The notes: generated from the sequence alone by a model not told the origin. Shown: positions 13,260 to 26,831, numbered from the stretch's first letter. The stretch is DNA of 64,000 bases from Calcarisporiella thermophila CBS 279.70 (GCF_041956535.1 NW_027192196.1:923823-987822); one strand, 5' to 3'. Numbers and translations are program-made.

Positions 13260-13567
13260 AAATGTACCCAGCTTAATACTCATAGTGTGAAATGGCATAG
13301 CTTTACTGATAGGAATTGAAAAGGGTAGAAACAATAGACAAAGAAGAGTAAGGACATGAAAAGTGAAAAACAGCGAAAGAAAAAGTAAAACAAGGGGATT
13401 AATGAGAAAAATGGAAAGAAAAAAGAAAAAAATAACACAAACTAAAGGAGAAAAAAAAAAGGAGGAGAGATGATATGATTAGCTAAAAAAAGGGGGAAAA
13501 AAAGGAAAAAGCCAATAAATGGCTAGTTCAGCTATTGTATTTTGCTAAATTTTCAGAGATGTATCTT

Positions 13568-14367
13568 TTATTGGCACCACGCACTACCATTTAATTGCAT
13601 TAATGTCAGCACCGCATCTAAGTCCGTGGGTCGTTCTTCCTTTTTATCATTTATGCCTTCCTTCTGATCTATCTCCGTCTTTATTCCATCCAGAGACTCT
13701 ATTTTTACGGCGGCGGAGATATCGCTTAGGTGTAAAGCATGGGCTGCAGTCATAGTCGGCTGCGAAGGTGATATCGACCCAGTTCCGGTGGGAGTCATCA
13801 CCACAGCTGCATCGGAAGAGGCAGAGGAAATGGAGGAGCGTTTGTCGGGTGTGTATGCGTCGCGTATGGCTTGCCGCCGGCGTTCCTTTTCGACTCTTTT
13901 TGCGCGACGCTTATTGAATTCCTCTTCAACCCAACGCTGTTTGTGCTCACTCTCCTCCTTTCCGAAGAGTTTAACGGCACGTTTATTAACGCGGCAGCGA
14001 AGGTCGTTGTCTTTATCTAATGTAACATGAATATAAGAAATGACACCCTCGTATGAGTAAGAAGCATTGGATGGCGCCAAGGTTCCAATTGAGGGGCCCC
14101 ACGTATATAGACTCAATGTGTGTCTAAAGAGCAGGTCTTATACATACTTCTCTCCTCATTCAACTTCCTCCATCTCGCCTTCCTCTCTCTGTTTTCTGCA
14201 CGCACTTTATCGTTTATCATGCGTTTTTTCAGCATCTCCGTGGCAGCTGCGTACTCTCCGGCCGAAATGGACGACTGAGGTGGGGATGTGTCGGGGGAGA
14301 GATGGACGGTTGAGAAGCTAGGGTAACCGACCGAGTTCTCCTCTTTGAGCATCATCCCTATACTCAT
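13568..14367 (-). CDS. Conserved fungal protein, DUF3020-like
   Basis: After removal of one intron: NDKVRAENRERKARWRKLNEER|NKDNDLRCRVNKRAVKLFG...WVEEEFNKRRAKR, matching my recollection of the DUF3020 motif. Start uncertain. Confidence 0.7.
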
Positions 14368-15336
14368 TTCCAAGAAGTGATAAGTGGGGCGAAAAAATGA
14401 GGATGGGGGAACATGACTGCTTCTAATTTACTTTTGGGTATTCTATTCTTCTTTTCTTCCCTATTGATGAAATTATTCTCAAGCTATGCGACACGAGAGC
14501 AGGAATACACAGCTCGTGGACATCCACGCAGCCACCGCTGAGAAACAACAATGGGGAGATATAGGAGAAAAATAATGGAAAGAGGATGAACAAGAATAGG
14601 GGCAAAAGGAGATAGAATTTTTTGTTGTGTTGTGACTGTTGTTGGACGTCGAAATTTCGCTGTCATGTTAAGAGAGGATCATAAGATTGTGTGGTATAAA
14701 GTGGTAAATGAACGGGGGACGCGAATTAAATAAAACTTATGAAATAAGATCGGCTATTCATTCTCAATCACTTGAAAACATTTTATATTAATTACTATTG
14801 CTTTTCGGCATATGCTGTTTAATCTAGTCACATATTGTAGTTCACATAAAACATAGGATCATAGATAAGGTTATGAAGAATATATCCGAGGTAATAAGTA
14901 TCTTTTCTATCTTCAAATGTCTCCTGCAGAGTTATTCGCCCACTCCTTGCATCTCATACGGAAGACTACCATAATTCAAGATTCCACGGTTTCCACTTTG
15001 GTACTATTGTGGATATTCATTATGAAATCCTTGGATCTAAATTCTCATCAAAACAACAAACCACAATAGCGTTATTCGTATAATTCTAAGCAAGGTATTT
15101 TGCGTCGGTTTTAGCGAGGAAAAAGTAGAGGATAAATACAGATCCAGTACCGAACTCTAGGAAAATTTTCTCTAGCCTATCTCGTACTATATACGATAAT
15201 ATTCGCGAGGTTGAAAAATATGCAAATAAGGGCAAAAACAACTTGTGGCCAAATTAAGTCACTCTCAGTCACATTCAACTCTAGCTAAATTGTTTACTCA
15301 AGCTCTTCGTCAGAATTTGACGCAAGGCACTTCACC

Positions 15337-18300
15337 ATGCCTGCCATTACCCCCGAACAACTAATTAAGCTCCAGTCTCAGGCGGAGAATATCCGTAATA
15401 TCTGTATCCTCGCCCATGTCGATCATGGCAAAACCACTCTTTCGGATTTGCTATTAGCATCCAATGGAATAATTTCACCAAAATTGGCGGGGAAGGTGCG
15501 CTATCTTGATAGCCGCGAAGATGAACAGGAAAGAGGAATCACGATGGAAGCGAGTGGAATTAGCTTATTTTTTCGAGTCATGAGAAATGTTAATAATGAA
15601 GAAGGTATGGAGCACTTTTTTGAATAGTTTCCGGTTTCAAATCGGATTAACAGCTTTTTTTAATAAGAGACAAAAACACAGTCAAGCGATTATCTTATTA
15701 ATCTGATTGACGCACCAGGACATGTGGACTTCTCTAGCGAAGTATCGACGGCTTCACGACTTTGTGATGGAGCCTTGGTACTTGTGGATGTAGTCGAGGG
15801 TGTATGCACGCAGGTATGTAGGCAAATTTTATACTCTTTCCTTTCCTACATACTTAGTATAGGGTTGTTCTCACACAGACACACACAGTGCTCCACCAAG
15901 CATGGACGGAAAATGTTCGCCCCGTTCTTGTGCTCAACAAAATCGATCGGCTGATTACTGAGCTCCAGTTTTCGCCACTAGAAGCCTATGCGCATCTGAA
16001 CAAAATCCTCGAACAAGTCAATGCTATCGTGGCTACTTTCTATTCCGGAGCTCAGCTAGAAGAGGAGAATCGGAGGTTGGAAAGCTTAAAATCATCGAAA
16101 ATCGAATCCGACCGCGAAAACTCGAATGTGGAAAAAGATGAAGTGGCTAGTGGGGAGCAGAAAAGAAGTGAATGGGCTACGGTGCGGGAGAATGAAGACA
16201 TTAGTAGTTATTTCTCTCCTGAATTGGGCAATGTAATTTTTGCTAGTGCAATTGACGGATGGGCCTTCCGGTTAGTGTCTGCAATATCTCGTAAAAATAA
16301 TTGGCCTGACTCTATTTTGATTTATTATGCAGGATTGAGCAATTCGCTCAACTATACTCGATGAAGCTGGGTATTAAAGAACCTGTTCTACGAAAGTGTC
16401 TATGGGGAGACTACTATCTCGATCCTAAAACAAAGCGTGTGCTGCAGCATAAACACTTGAAGGGGCGTGCGCTGAAACCCATGTTCGTACAGTTTGCCTT
16501 AGAGAATATCTGGGCGGTTTACGACTCAGTTGTTATGAACCCGTAGGTTTACACGTTAAAATGCTAATGCATTCGTTGAAATGATTCATTTTACGATCCT
16601 TTTTCATTTCTTTTGTAGGAATCGTGAAAAAGTAGAGAAAATCGTCAAAGCTTTAAATATCAAAGTTTTGCCTCGTGACCTTAGGTCAAAAGACACCCGA
16701 GTTCTATTGACTGGCATATTCTCCCAATGGCTACCTCTCTCTACTGCAACGCTTCTTACTATTGTGGAGCAACTCCCCTCTCCTCTTTCGGCCCAACCCA
16801 CTCGTCTTCCTCGAATCCTCCACCCAGACGATAAAGATAGACCACCGAGTAATGCGTTGGAGCATAGTTTATATGGCTGTCAAGCTACGGGTGAGATGGT
16901 GGCCTATGTTAGTAAGATGTTTGCTGTGCCGGAGGAGATATTGCCCGAAAATAAGCGCAGACAATTAACGGCGGAAGAGATGAGAGAACGGGGGAGAGCT
17001 CAGAGGGAGGCTCTAAAAGCAAAGGCAACAGAGAGATTGGAGAGCGAGGCGAGTAACGGCAGTACCGAGCTGTTCTCACAGATGTCTACTCTTAGTCTAG
17101 ACACGCAACAGGACGCAAATAGCAGAGAAATGGAGGAGAAAGCAGGCCAGAAAAATCGGGAACATCTGATCGGATTTGCGCGAATCTATTCCGGTACAAT
17201 TAGCGTGGGGCAGAAGATCTATGTCTTAGGGCCTAAATACAATCCCGAAAAACCCGACCAACACTGTTCCGAGGTAGTTGTCGAGAGCTTGTACCTGCTG
17301 ATGGGCCGCGAACTCGAGAGCTTGCAAGCAGTACCAGCGGGTAACGTTTTTGGCATCGGGGGTTTAGCAGCACATCTTCTCAAGAACGGAACCCTCAGCA
17401 CTTCAAAGGCTTGCCCTAACCTTGCTGGAGTACATACAGAATCTGCACCCATTGTAAGAGTGGCTCTGGAGCCAAGCGATCCCACCGAGATGGGACAGCT
17501 GGTAGAAGGATTGCGACTCCTAAACCAGGCCGATCCTTGCGTGGAAGTTCTTGTACAGGAGACGGGTGAGCATGTAATAATGACTGCGGGGGAGCTTCAT
17601 CTGGAACGGTGCTTAAGAGATTTGCGAGAAAGATTCGCAAAAATAGATATACAAGTATCACCTGCAATTGTGCCTTTCCGAGAGGGTATTATTCGGGGTG
17701 ATCTACCCCCCACAATTGACCGGGATGGAACCAATTATCCGCGAGGAATATTAAGTGTGACAACTCCCAACAAGCATTGCAGTATACGTGTGCGATGTCT
17801 CCCGCTCCCCCCTAAAGTTACATCGCTTCTCATGAAGCATACCCATACAATTCAATCCATAGTGAATCAAGGCGCCAAAACAATTGGTTCAGCTTCGGCA
17901 AGTGAGAGCGAACAAGAAGCAGTGGAAGAGGTAGAAAGCACACAGAGAGGAGATACCCTTATTACATCAGACGCAACAAAAGCAATAGCACCCGAGGAAT
18001 TCAGAGAATTACTGGAGCGCGAGCTGGAGAAAGCTGGTGAATTCTGGAAGAGAGTCGGCCAAAAAATATGGGCGTTTGGTCCTAAGAGAATAGGGCCTAA
18101 TGTGTTGGCGAACTTTGTGGCCGAAAACGATCGATTAAAGTATGTAACGTCAGTTTTAAGTGGAACTACATACCTTTATCTAATAATTAATTCTTGTAGA
18201 TTCTTCCGTTCACCGGAACAAATACCCTCCCAGGTCGAATCAGACGCTAATCCTCAAACTAGCCGATTTACCATTAATGATTTTGCGCAAAGCATTCAAA

Positions 18301-19200
18301 CCGGTTTTCAACTTGCGACATTCTCTGGGCCATTATGTGCAGAGCCGATGGTTGGCGTTTGTTTCATAGTGGAGGAATTTACCGTGAACGAGGAGGAAGC
18401 AAATGAGGACGACTTAATGAAAATAGGATATACAGCTGGACAAGTCATATCGACCATGCGCGAAGCGTGTCGCCAGGCTTTCCTCGAATGGTCTCCACGG
18501 CTCCATTTAGCAATGTACTCGTGCGATATTCAAGCGACAGGTAGACCTCAACCCCTTATTTTCGATTTAGCAACATGTTAAGAAATATGCATTTTGAATA
18601 GCGGAGGTATTGGGCAAGGTATACGGTGTAATTGCTCGGAGGCGCGGTCGTATCACTTCTGAAGAAATGAAGGAAGGCACACCATTTTTCCAAATCCATG
18701 CTCTGTTGCCTGTTGTAGAGAGTTTCGGGTTCGCAGATGGTAGGAATACCTGCATTGCGCACTGTGTGTCAGTGTTTGCTAATATTTAATGCTCTCTTAC
18801 TATTTCAGAAATTAGGAAGCGTACTTCGGGAGCGGCTAGTCCGCAGTTGATTTTCAGCGGGTAAGAAAATAGTCGCCCCCGACCGATACATAAACAATGG
18901 CATTAAAAATAATTTTTTTATAATAGATTCGAGATGTTAGATCAGGATCCGTTTTGGGTACCCACCACCGAAGAGGAGCTCGAAGATCTGGGAGAGAAGG
19001 CAGATCGAGAAAATATTGCACGGAGGTATATGGACGGCGTTCGGAAGAGAAAGGTAAGCAAAGGATATTACAGAGAGCGACATTGGAAACGTTTTGTTTA
19101 TTCGATGGTATACTATGTACATTATTTTTTGTAGGGAATGTTTGTAGACAAGAAAATCGTAGAGCATGCAGAGAAACAACGCACTCTCAAGAAGAACTAA
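15337..19200 (+). CDS. EFL1: Ribosome biogenesis GTPase, elongation factor-like 1 (Ria1/Efl1)
   Basis: [49 protein letters not shown]-terminal [16 protein letters not shown]...[10 protein letters not shown]. Confidence 0.96.
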
Positions 19201-19237
19201 AGATCAACATGTTAAATAAATGCTTGTATTTCCAAAC

Positions 19238-20425
19238 CTATAATGCGAGGTAACGCCCCTTTATCTCAAATATTGCACCAACAAGCAAGAGCTGTGTCCA
19301 CCAAAAAAAAGGCAATAGAGAGATCAGCGTCAGAGCAATTTACTTGTTAAGAAATTTCAATAAACACCTCTTGTACTGCTCTATGAACTTCTTCCCCCGA
19401 TGTTGTTGCGAAAGCACATTCTAATTCACCCATAGATATACCCTCTCCATTGCTATTCCAGTTGTTTTCTCTACTACTGGAGTTGTGCTGGCGAATAAAA
19501 TTCTCAATCTCAGTTGTTAGGCCATCTAATGAAGAGAGTCAGAATGGAATAAAATCTTTGGAGCACCGCATCAAGTGGCAAGCATACTTGTTAGTGAAAA
19601 ATCGTCTATATCAGTCTCTAACATGTCAATATCAATCTCCTCCTCCTTCTGAATAACAATTGGCGACGTCGGAAGATTCACTTCTGTTATTTTGACTTCA
19701 TCTTCTTCAATAATGGCCCGTCCTCTTCGTGGTTTGTCCATTTGTCTTGGCGAAACCTGCGGGGTCCATTCTTCGGCAGTTGCACGTTGGACAGGAGTCA
19801 TACGGTGCCTCGGAGGGTAGAGTTTCTGAGGCGTAGACGGAATATTCAAGCTAGAGTAGCGTTGCCTGCTGTTACGAACAAGAAATAGTGCGTGAACAAG
19901 CTCTTCCAATGGATCTTCTTTAATATCAAACCTGGATAATTACTAGATAGGATATAGTTAAATATTAGCAGCGATATCAATAACGCGATTCTAACCCTCT
20001 GCAAAGAATAAACCGGGTAATATCCTTAGACTCATCTGGTGCTGGGTTCTTTAGAGTTCCTATCACTTCAATAAGCTCTCCCATCCTTATCTCTTTCGCA
20101 TCCCATCTCTGTCTTACTCGTTGTGGGAACTCCACTCGGATAGTTCCAGATGCGTCATCTATTGTTATACAGTTAATAGCTCATTAGGAAAAAAAAATAG
20201 CAAGCCAATCCTTGCCTATTACTATTGAACGCGGCCCTTCTTGGTCAGAAGCTTCCAAATGGACGATAACGCCCATTACTCTACAATATTCCAACAAATT
20301 TATTATACGTGAAAAAAAATAGGGTAAGACCAATCATTACCTCACTGAACAATTTTGGCCTCTCTCTGTATCCAAAAACTTGTCATCAGTTTGGCAATTA
20401 TTTTTTCCAAACAAATCGCGTATTT
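19238..20425 (-). CDS. OB-fold plus C-terminal winged-helix protein (RPA2/STN1-like ssDNA-binding)
   Basis: Exons give CRVMGVIVHLE...ITIDDASGTIRVEF...MGELIEVIGTL (OB fold), DPLEELVHALF, and a C-terminal GISMGELECAF...EEVHRAVQE|LLLVGAIFEIKGRYLAL* (winged-helix-like). Mostly missed by the ORF track. Confidence 0.65.
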
Positions 20426-20624
20426 TTCTTTTGCAAAATGAGCGCGTTTCCATTAAGTTTGACATATTGGTTTTCAGCGTTGAGATAATTTCATAATTTC
20501 GTGACAATATTTGATAACAATTTAACATTTTCACAAGCCTGTAAAAATCTGTAACCTTAATACACAGCTTTTCATTCTTACTCTTTATCTATAATACTAA
20601 GATCGGGAACTAAAACTGAGAAAT

Positions 20625-21826
20625 ATGTCCGCAAGGACTAAAGAAGATCCACAGAGAGTCGAGTTACCACCATTCGGTCATGCCCTTAGCGGAGCAATTG
20701 GCTCCGCACTTGCCAACTTCATAGTTTATCCTCTCGATCTCGCTACTACTCATCTTCAGATTGCAAGACGCAAAGGAAAACACACAAACGGTATTCTCGA
20801 AACCATTCGCCAACTTTATCAGACTGAGGGAGAGTTTTCCAGTCTTTACAGTGGGATTTTGCCCGATACCGTTCAAACCGTCCTTTCGAACTTCATTTTC
20901 TTCTACGCTTATTCATCCTTGCGGGGATTATTTTCTAAGCGAAATCTGAAATATGGAAACAAACAATCTCTATCCTCTGCGCAGGAGTTATTGGTAGGAG
21001 CTCTAGCTGGGATTATTAGTCGGTTTTTCACCACGCCGATCAGTGTAGTCACGTTGAGGAAGCAAACTCTTGAGAATACCAAAGCTGAGAATCCACGTGA
21101 GAATGGAAATGGAATAACAAATGAGAAGGACGTAGGCGACTCTACGCGTTCAAAGGACAGAAATACTTCTGCTTTTCCTTCCACGCTGTCTATTATTGAA
21201 GATATCTTCGAAGAAAAGGGAATCACCGGATTTTGGACGGGGTATGACTACACGATAGCCATTGCTGTCTAGCAACATGCTTCAATTTACTTCTTTTATA
21301 CATAGATATCGAGCTTCGGTTATTTTGACAAGCAATCCCTCAATCACCTATTTTCTTTTCCAAAAGTTCCAAGCCCTATACCTCTCATTTCTCCAAGCTT
21401 CGAGTTCCCCGCGGAATTATCTGACCGCACTTGAGGTGTTCTTATTTAGCGCTTTTAGTAAAAGCATAGCCACCATGGTTACATACCCGCTTATTTTTGC
21501 CAAGACGCATCTTGTATACAAAGAAACGCCTGGCCATGGGAGTAAAGACAAGCCTACCGTGCAATACAAACGAATAGGCAACGTGATTCAGCATGTCTTG
21601 CGTGAAGAAGGAATTAAGGGGATCTACCGGGTAAGTTTATAATTATTTTTACATTCAAAAATATTCTACTGAGATAATTTTATGCATGTATTTTCAATAG
21701 GGCATGAAAGCTCAAGTGATAAAAGGGTTCTTTAATCATGGTCTTCTTTATTTATTAAAAGATCGAGTTACATTAATACTTATATTTATTCTTGTGAAGA
21801 TTCGCTCTAAACGTTTACATCAATGA
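20625..21826 (+). CDS. ANT1: Mitochondrial-carrier-family protein, peroxisomal adenine nucleotide transporter-like
   Basis: LPPFGHALSGAIGSALANFIVYPLD, FTTPISVVTLRKQT, ILTSNPSITY, TYPLIFAKT carrier repeats; two introns. Confidence 0.85.
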
Positions 21827-22044
21827 TATAATTTTGTAGATTGAATTAAAACATTATATTATTAGAATGAGGTAGAGTCCTGCGTTAAGTGTGATAGTGC
21901 AAATTTTGCCTTGATGAGATGCAATATGACTGTCGATCTGGTGGCAAACTGCTCTTGGACATGTGGCACAGCAAAATCCAACGGCTATGAAATTAAACAA
22001 AAGCATATATCTATTACGGAACTGTTCTGAAAAAAAGGTTTAAA

Positions 22045-23446
22045 ATGCCAGAAGAGAAACCCGAAACCACTCCAACATCCAATGACGCCGTTGAGAGTGA
22101 ATCGGAGGATGAATACGATATGCATGAACTTATTATGCAACTAATGCGATCCCGCCCTCTGGGGCCCATGTCGCCAGATCGTATTATTTTGAAAGAGCCA
22201 ACAATTGAAGCAATTGCTGAGTATATCCGAGAGGGAAAAGCGAAAAAGATAGTTGTCATGACAGGAGCTGGAGTCTCAACTGCTGCAGGTATTCCTGATT
22301 TTCGATCAGCTAAGACAGGAATTTATCACAACCTGGAGCGATATTCGCTGCCATACCCTGAAGCCATCTTTGATATAGACTATTTCAGAGTAATTCATAC
22401 TTTCAGCCAGTCAATGGTCCAATTCCTCTAAGTCGCTTATTCTCTTCTCTTATTCTCCATGTATATAGGAAAACCCTCACCCATTTTATGCTCTCGCTAA
22501 GGAGCTTTATCCAGGCAAATTTCTTCCTACTAAAGCCCATACCTTCATTCGCCTGCTCGAAGAGAAAGGACTACTTCTGCGCGTCTTCAGTCAGAATATA
22601 GACACGCTTGAAAGAGTTGCTGGAATAAAAGATGAAAATATAGTAGAAGCCCACGGAAGTTTTGCAACTGGCGCCTGTGTGAGCTGTAGATGGTCCACAA
22701 CTATGGAATGGATTCGTGGTAAAATCACCCATCTTTTTGAAATATACTGTAGCCACTTTTACATTTTGGATGTTAGAAAAAATTTTTTCAGATGAAATCC
22801 CAAGATGCGAAAAATGCAATGAACTCGTCAAACCCGACATTGTTTTCTTCGGTGAACAGTTACCTAGGCGATTTTTCGACCGACTGGAAGATCTGAGCAG
22901 TGCAGATTTGCTCATAGTCATGGGAACAAGTCTGAAGGTACAGCCTTTTGCGGGGCTTATAGATCGAGTAAACGACAAAGTTCCACGTTTGCTTATCAAC
23001 CTAGTAAAAGCCGGGACGGTTTGTACTCGCAAGAAAAATGCTTGGAATGCTTAGATTAATCTCACACTAATTTGCGATTTTGCATAGTCCAAAATTCCGT
23101 ATGTTGGATTCGATTTTGAGGGTACATATAGTAAACGAGATGCGCTCTTCCTGGGAACCTGTGACAATGGAGCAGAGAAACTTGCAGAATTATGTGGTTG
23201 GGGGGTAAACTTCATCCCATGGTAAATCGTAGAGTTTTATTTTAATTGAATTCGTCCATTATGTAGGAAGAGCTGAATAAACTCCATGCTGAAATTTGCC
23301 GCGAACTATCTTCGAAAGAGCTACGAACAGTAGAAGATGTAAATAAAGAGGTTAAAAAGGTAACCGAAGCCGTTGGAAAGTCAATTGATGAAAGTGTAGA
23401 GGAGAGAAGGCAAAACAAGGAACGGATATCTGAGAGCTCCACATAA
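22045..23446 (+). CDS. HST2: NAD-dependent deacetylase, class I sirtuin (SIRT2/Hst2)
   Basis: MTGAGVSTAAGIPDFRS, SQNIDTLE, EAHGSF, Zn Cys pairs, KPDIVFFGE, MGTSLKVQPF. Confidence 0.93.
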
Positions 23447-23670
23447 AATTTGGTGATCTTGTTTGTCGGAATGATTATTCTTGATTATACAATCTAATAG
23501 TCTACTCACATAAATATTTATACAATTTTCTATGACCTTTATGTTTTTGATTTTTTTTTTCTTTTTTATATATGTAAGTATGCAATATTTAACTGATAAC
23601 ACTTCAATAAATCATGGTAACTATACAATACACGCCAATCAAAGGGTTAAAATGTTAGGTCATATAAGTA

Positions 23671-24351
23671 TCACAACTCATCTACGTAATTGCTTACTGC
23701 AGTGGCAAGCAATATCCGCGAGTACAGCTTGTGCATTATTTTTGTAGGTCCCATTATCCATTTCCACTCCTCGGGCATGTGCGAAATAATGGAGCCGAAC
23801 CTTACATGTATTAGGTCCACCTCTTCTTTGTCTTTCTTTTCGGGACGCATAATGGAAAGATAATTATATCCAGTAGTATCGCTGAGCTTCCAGCGAAATA
23901 AAATTTCATCTTCAGAACGCCTATCTACTATAAGGGGACCAATACGATACATTGATTCCACTTCGTCGAAGGATGTATTAGGGGCTGGTTGAAATTTATG
24001 TCGTTTAACTGATTCTAAAGTTGCACTCTCCCTTTCAGCATGGTTTGGCGACATCCATCGAATAAGGGCTAGTTCGGGCTTAAACGCTCGAATTGAGAAA
24101 AATTTCCTCGCTAAACCCTCCAAGTTAAACTTCTTGCTTTCATCGGATGTTAAGTAGATTTTGCGCTCTACACAGTCGATATTGACAGCATCCTTGTCGC
24201 AGACTTCGAGCATTAATCTTGGTAACTCTTCTCGAGGTAAGCAACGAGTATGATGCAATTGATAATGATGATATAATATTAGAGTATCAGCGGCCAATTC
24301 GCTGACACCGGCAAAGCCTGCAAGGAGCAAAATTTTACGGCGGAGTGACAT
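23671..24351 (-). CDS. Hypothetical protein, 226 aa, intronless
   Basis: Long ORF with ATG in an AT-rich setting and a hydrophobic N-terminus. C-terminal MHKLYSRILLATAV resembles motifs in uncharacterised fungal/bacterial proteins; family not assigned. Confidence 0.7.
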   Translation of the reverse strand: MSLRRKILLLAGFAGVSELAADTLILYHHYQLHHTRCLPREELPRLMLEVCDKDAVNIDCVERKIYLTSDESKKFNLEGLARKFFSIRAFKPELALIRWMSPNHAERESATLESVKRHKFQPAPNTSFDEVESMYRIGPLIVDRRSEDEILFRWKLSDTTGYNYLSIMRPEKKDKEEVDLIHVRFGSIISHMPEEWKWIMGPTKIMHKLYSRILLATAVSNYVDEL

Positions 24352-24800
24352 TTAATTACGTTTATAGGCGTAAATACAGGGAAAATGTGTGAGCATTCAA
24401 GCTATCTGTCCATTATTTATTATTTCCTGGATTTACTTCTATTTTTATAACGAACAGTAATATTAACTCATCAAGATCCGATGAGCCGATATTCCCCGCT
24501 CTGATATTTGAACTTACGCAGGCAAAATCGCCTTAGTTGAATAATAGCACGCAAAGTTTGCTGCTTTTTAATTTTATTCACCTAGATAGTATTCTAGACT
24601 GGTTTTTATATCGATTTTGAGAAGGTTTATTAATATAATACTGGCTTTGTTATTTTTATATTGAGACATGATGAATATAATTTATGGCACAGTTAATGCT
24701 GAAAAACGCGTAAATTGTCTTAACCTCTAAGCCATCAATTGAAATATAAGCGCGACTTCGCGTGTTTATCTGACATGCAATCGTTCAACATCAAGTGGAG

Positions 24801-25091
24801 ATGGATAACAGAACACTATTTGAAAAAGAGCGTGATAATCTCGTGAATGAGATTGCACAAGTAACTAAGATATTTTTTTCTTTTCCTTATGTAAAACCTA
24901 ATAGTATAGTACATCGTTAGGCACTAGAACAAGTGATAACTAGCATGTCACTTCTGAATCGCAATCTAGAAACTGTAATCACTATCGGTAAAGATTTTGA
25001 AAATGTAGCAGCTTTATGGAAGGGGCTACATTCAAATCTAACGGAGAATGCTGATTTATCACTTGCCGAACCTGGATCACAAAAAGATTAG
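24801..25091 (+). CDS. DAD1: DASH/Dam1 kinetochore complex subunit Dad1 (absent from the ORF track)
   Basis: Two exons (intron 24861-24920, GTAACT...TAG): MDNRTLFEKERDNLVNEIAQ|ALEQVITSMSLLNRNLETVITIGKDFENVAALWKG..., matching the Dad1 pattern FE..R..L..EI...LNR.LE.....G.EF..V..LW. Confidence 0.88.
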
Positions 25092-25279
25092 ATGTTTTCG
25101 TTTTTTTAATTCATTATTAACATATTCTTAATATACATGTATTTGTATATCCGTTCAATTTATTTTTTTTTTATTTTTGTCGTGTATCAAATATATAGCG
25201 CAAATATACAAAAAGTAGTTAATATACAGAGGCTATTAGCATTGATACGGAAATAGAGTATTCATCTGATCAAAATATT

Positions 25280-26714
25280 TCACGGACCAAAAATTCGTCC
25301 ATCGCCTCCTGCTCCTCCAAGCGCAGATATCATTGTCGTCGGCTGTCGTAGTTCCTTTAATCCCACGAAACCTCTTCTATCACGTCGGTTCATGAATTTC
25401 CTCCAATTTGCCTTCAATCTTAGCAATAGCCGGTCCACCTCTCGTTGCTGTTGATCATCGCTTAGAATAGATGCAAGCACGCTTGTCATCTGGAGCATTC
25501 GTGCAGCAGTATCAGTGACGGGTATACCAGATTCAAAATCAATGAACAATTTTGCAAATACATCTTCAAGTCGTTCCATCATCGGGTAGATTACATGATC
25601 ACGAAAACTTTTAAGAGCCATTGTGCGGACATTTGGCAGTTGTTGGTGTAGAGTATTTAAGAACTTGGTGGAAGATATTTCTTGTTGTAGCGGGAGGAAA
25701 ACACCCTCGAAATAGGGAAGTACAGTCCCAAAAAAGAATGACCATAGCTCAACTAGGCGTGACACGAGTTTCTCATCGTTAACCCCAAAAAGCTTCGCAG
25801 AAAGTGTAAACATCCCATTTCTTAGTAAGTCGTCCACATCATCAAAGAGAGAAGGAGAGATCGGATCTGTCATAGAGCGTCTAAAGCAAGCACAATTGAT
25901 AGAAATAAAAAAAAGAAAAAAAAGTAAATCATCTTGTTGAATTAAAATTAAGAAATACCTCTTACCTAACTAAGTTATTCAAATCTTCGATGCTTCCTTT
26001 GATACCTTCCCCATTAAAGAGAGGTAATACTTTTACGCAAAGACTCTGCCACGCATCGTCTTGGAGCTCAGCAAATCTCTCCATCTCACGCGCCATCACT
26101 TTCGCGTCAAGTGTCCATAGTGATTTCTGAAGTGTCGCAGAAGCAATTGCTAATGGTGAAGCAGGACGAGATGAATCCTTTAGTGAGGAAGATATGTGAT
26201 GTGGGTGATGCGATGGGTGAAGATTTCGTTCCGAGAATGCAGGACTTGCAGGAACAGAGGGGGAGAGAGCAATAGAAGGAGAAGGGAAGCCAGTCAGGGA
26301 GTAAGATGTGTTGCTTCTTGCAGTGAGGGGGACACTGGTCAGAGTTGGAGACGGGAGACGTAGAGAGTGCGAGCGATGTCTTTCTTGCTTAATTGGTGGC
26401 TTTAAAGGAGGTGGGCGGGGTTTACGCTCAGTAGAAGGCGTAGGTTGCTGTTGCTGGGATGGACGTTGTCGATAGGGGTGATGGCTACTATTGGTAGTGT
26501 GTGGTTGATGTTGTAATCGTGCATCCTGTTGCTGGTGATATGGTGGAAATGTAGATGTAGGAGCCGAAGTCCCGAGGCGATCGAAATCTAAAGCTTGCGA
26601 GGGAGGAGAAAATGATTGAGGAAGAGAATTCGCAGGCGATGAGGAAGAGGAAGGAGAGGCATCTGCAAGAGATGTGGTTGTTGTGGTAGGCGATTCAGGT
26701 AGATAGGTCTCCAT
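25280..26714 (-). CDS. BIT61: TORC2 subunit Bit61/PRR5 (HbrB domain)
   Basis: DDAWQSLCVKVLPLFNGEGIKGSIEDLNNLVR|...LVELWSFFFGTVLPYFEGVFLPL...ARMLQMTSVLAS; Ser/Pro-rich N-terminus; one intron. Confidence 0.88.
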
Positions 26715-26825
26715 GCTTGGATTAGCGATGATATTCAGAGAGAACCATTACATTTTGGCCATATATGATTTCTTACTCCGAAATTTCTACGTCATCACTG
26801 GGGTTGGACAATATTAAGGTATCAA

Positions 26826-26831
26826 ACGCGT
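26826..26831. promoter_or_regulatory. ACGCGT (MCB-like) element in the divergent BIT61 / putative telomerase RNA promoter
   Basis: AAACGCGTG followed by a T-tract, ~75 bp upstream of the RNA's terminal helix. Confidence 0.45.

Noticed and set aside
24668-24773. Possible C/D snoRNA (ATGATGA ... CTGA)
   Set aside because: Weak terminal stem, no rRNA guide that I could recognise, and it overlaps the DAD1 promoter with its ACGCGT sites.
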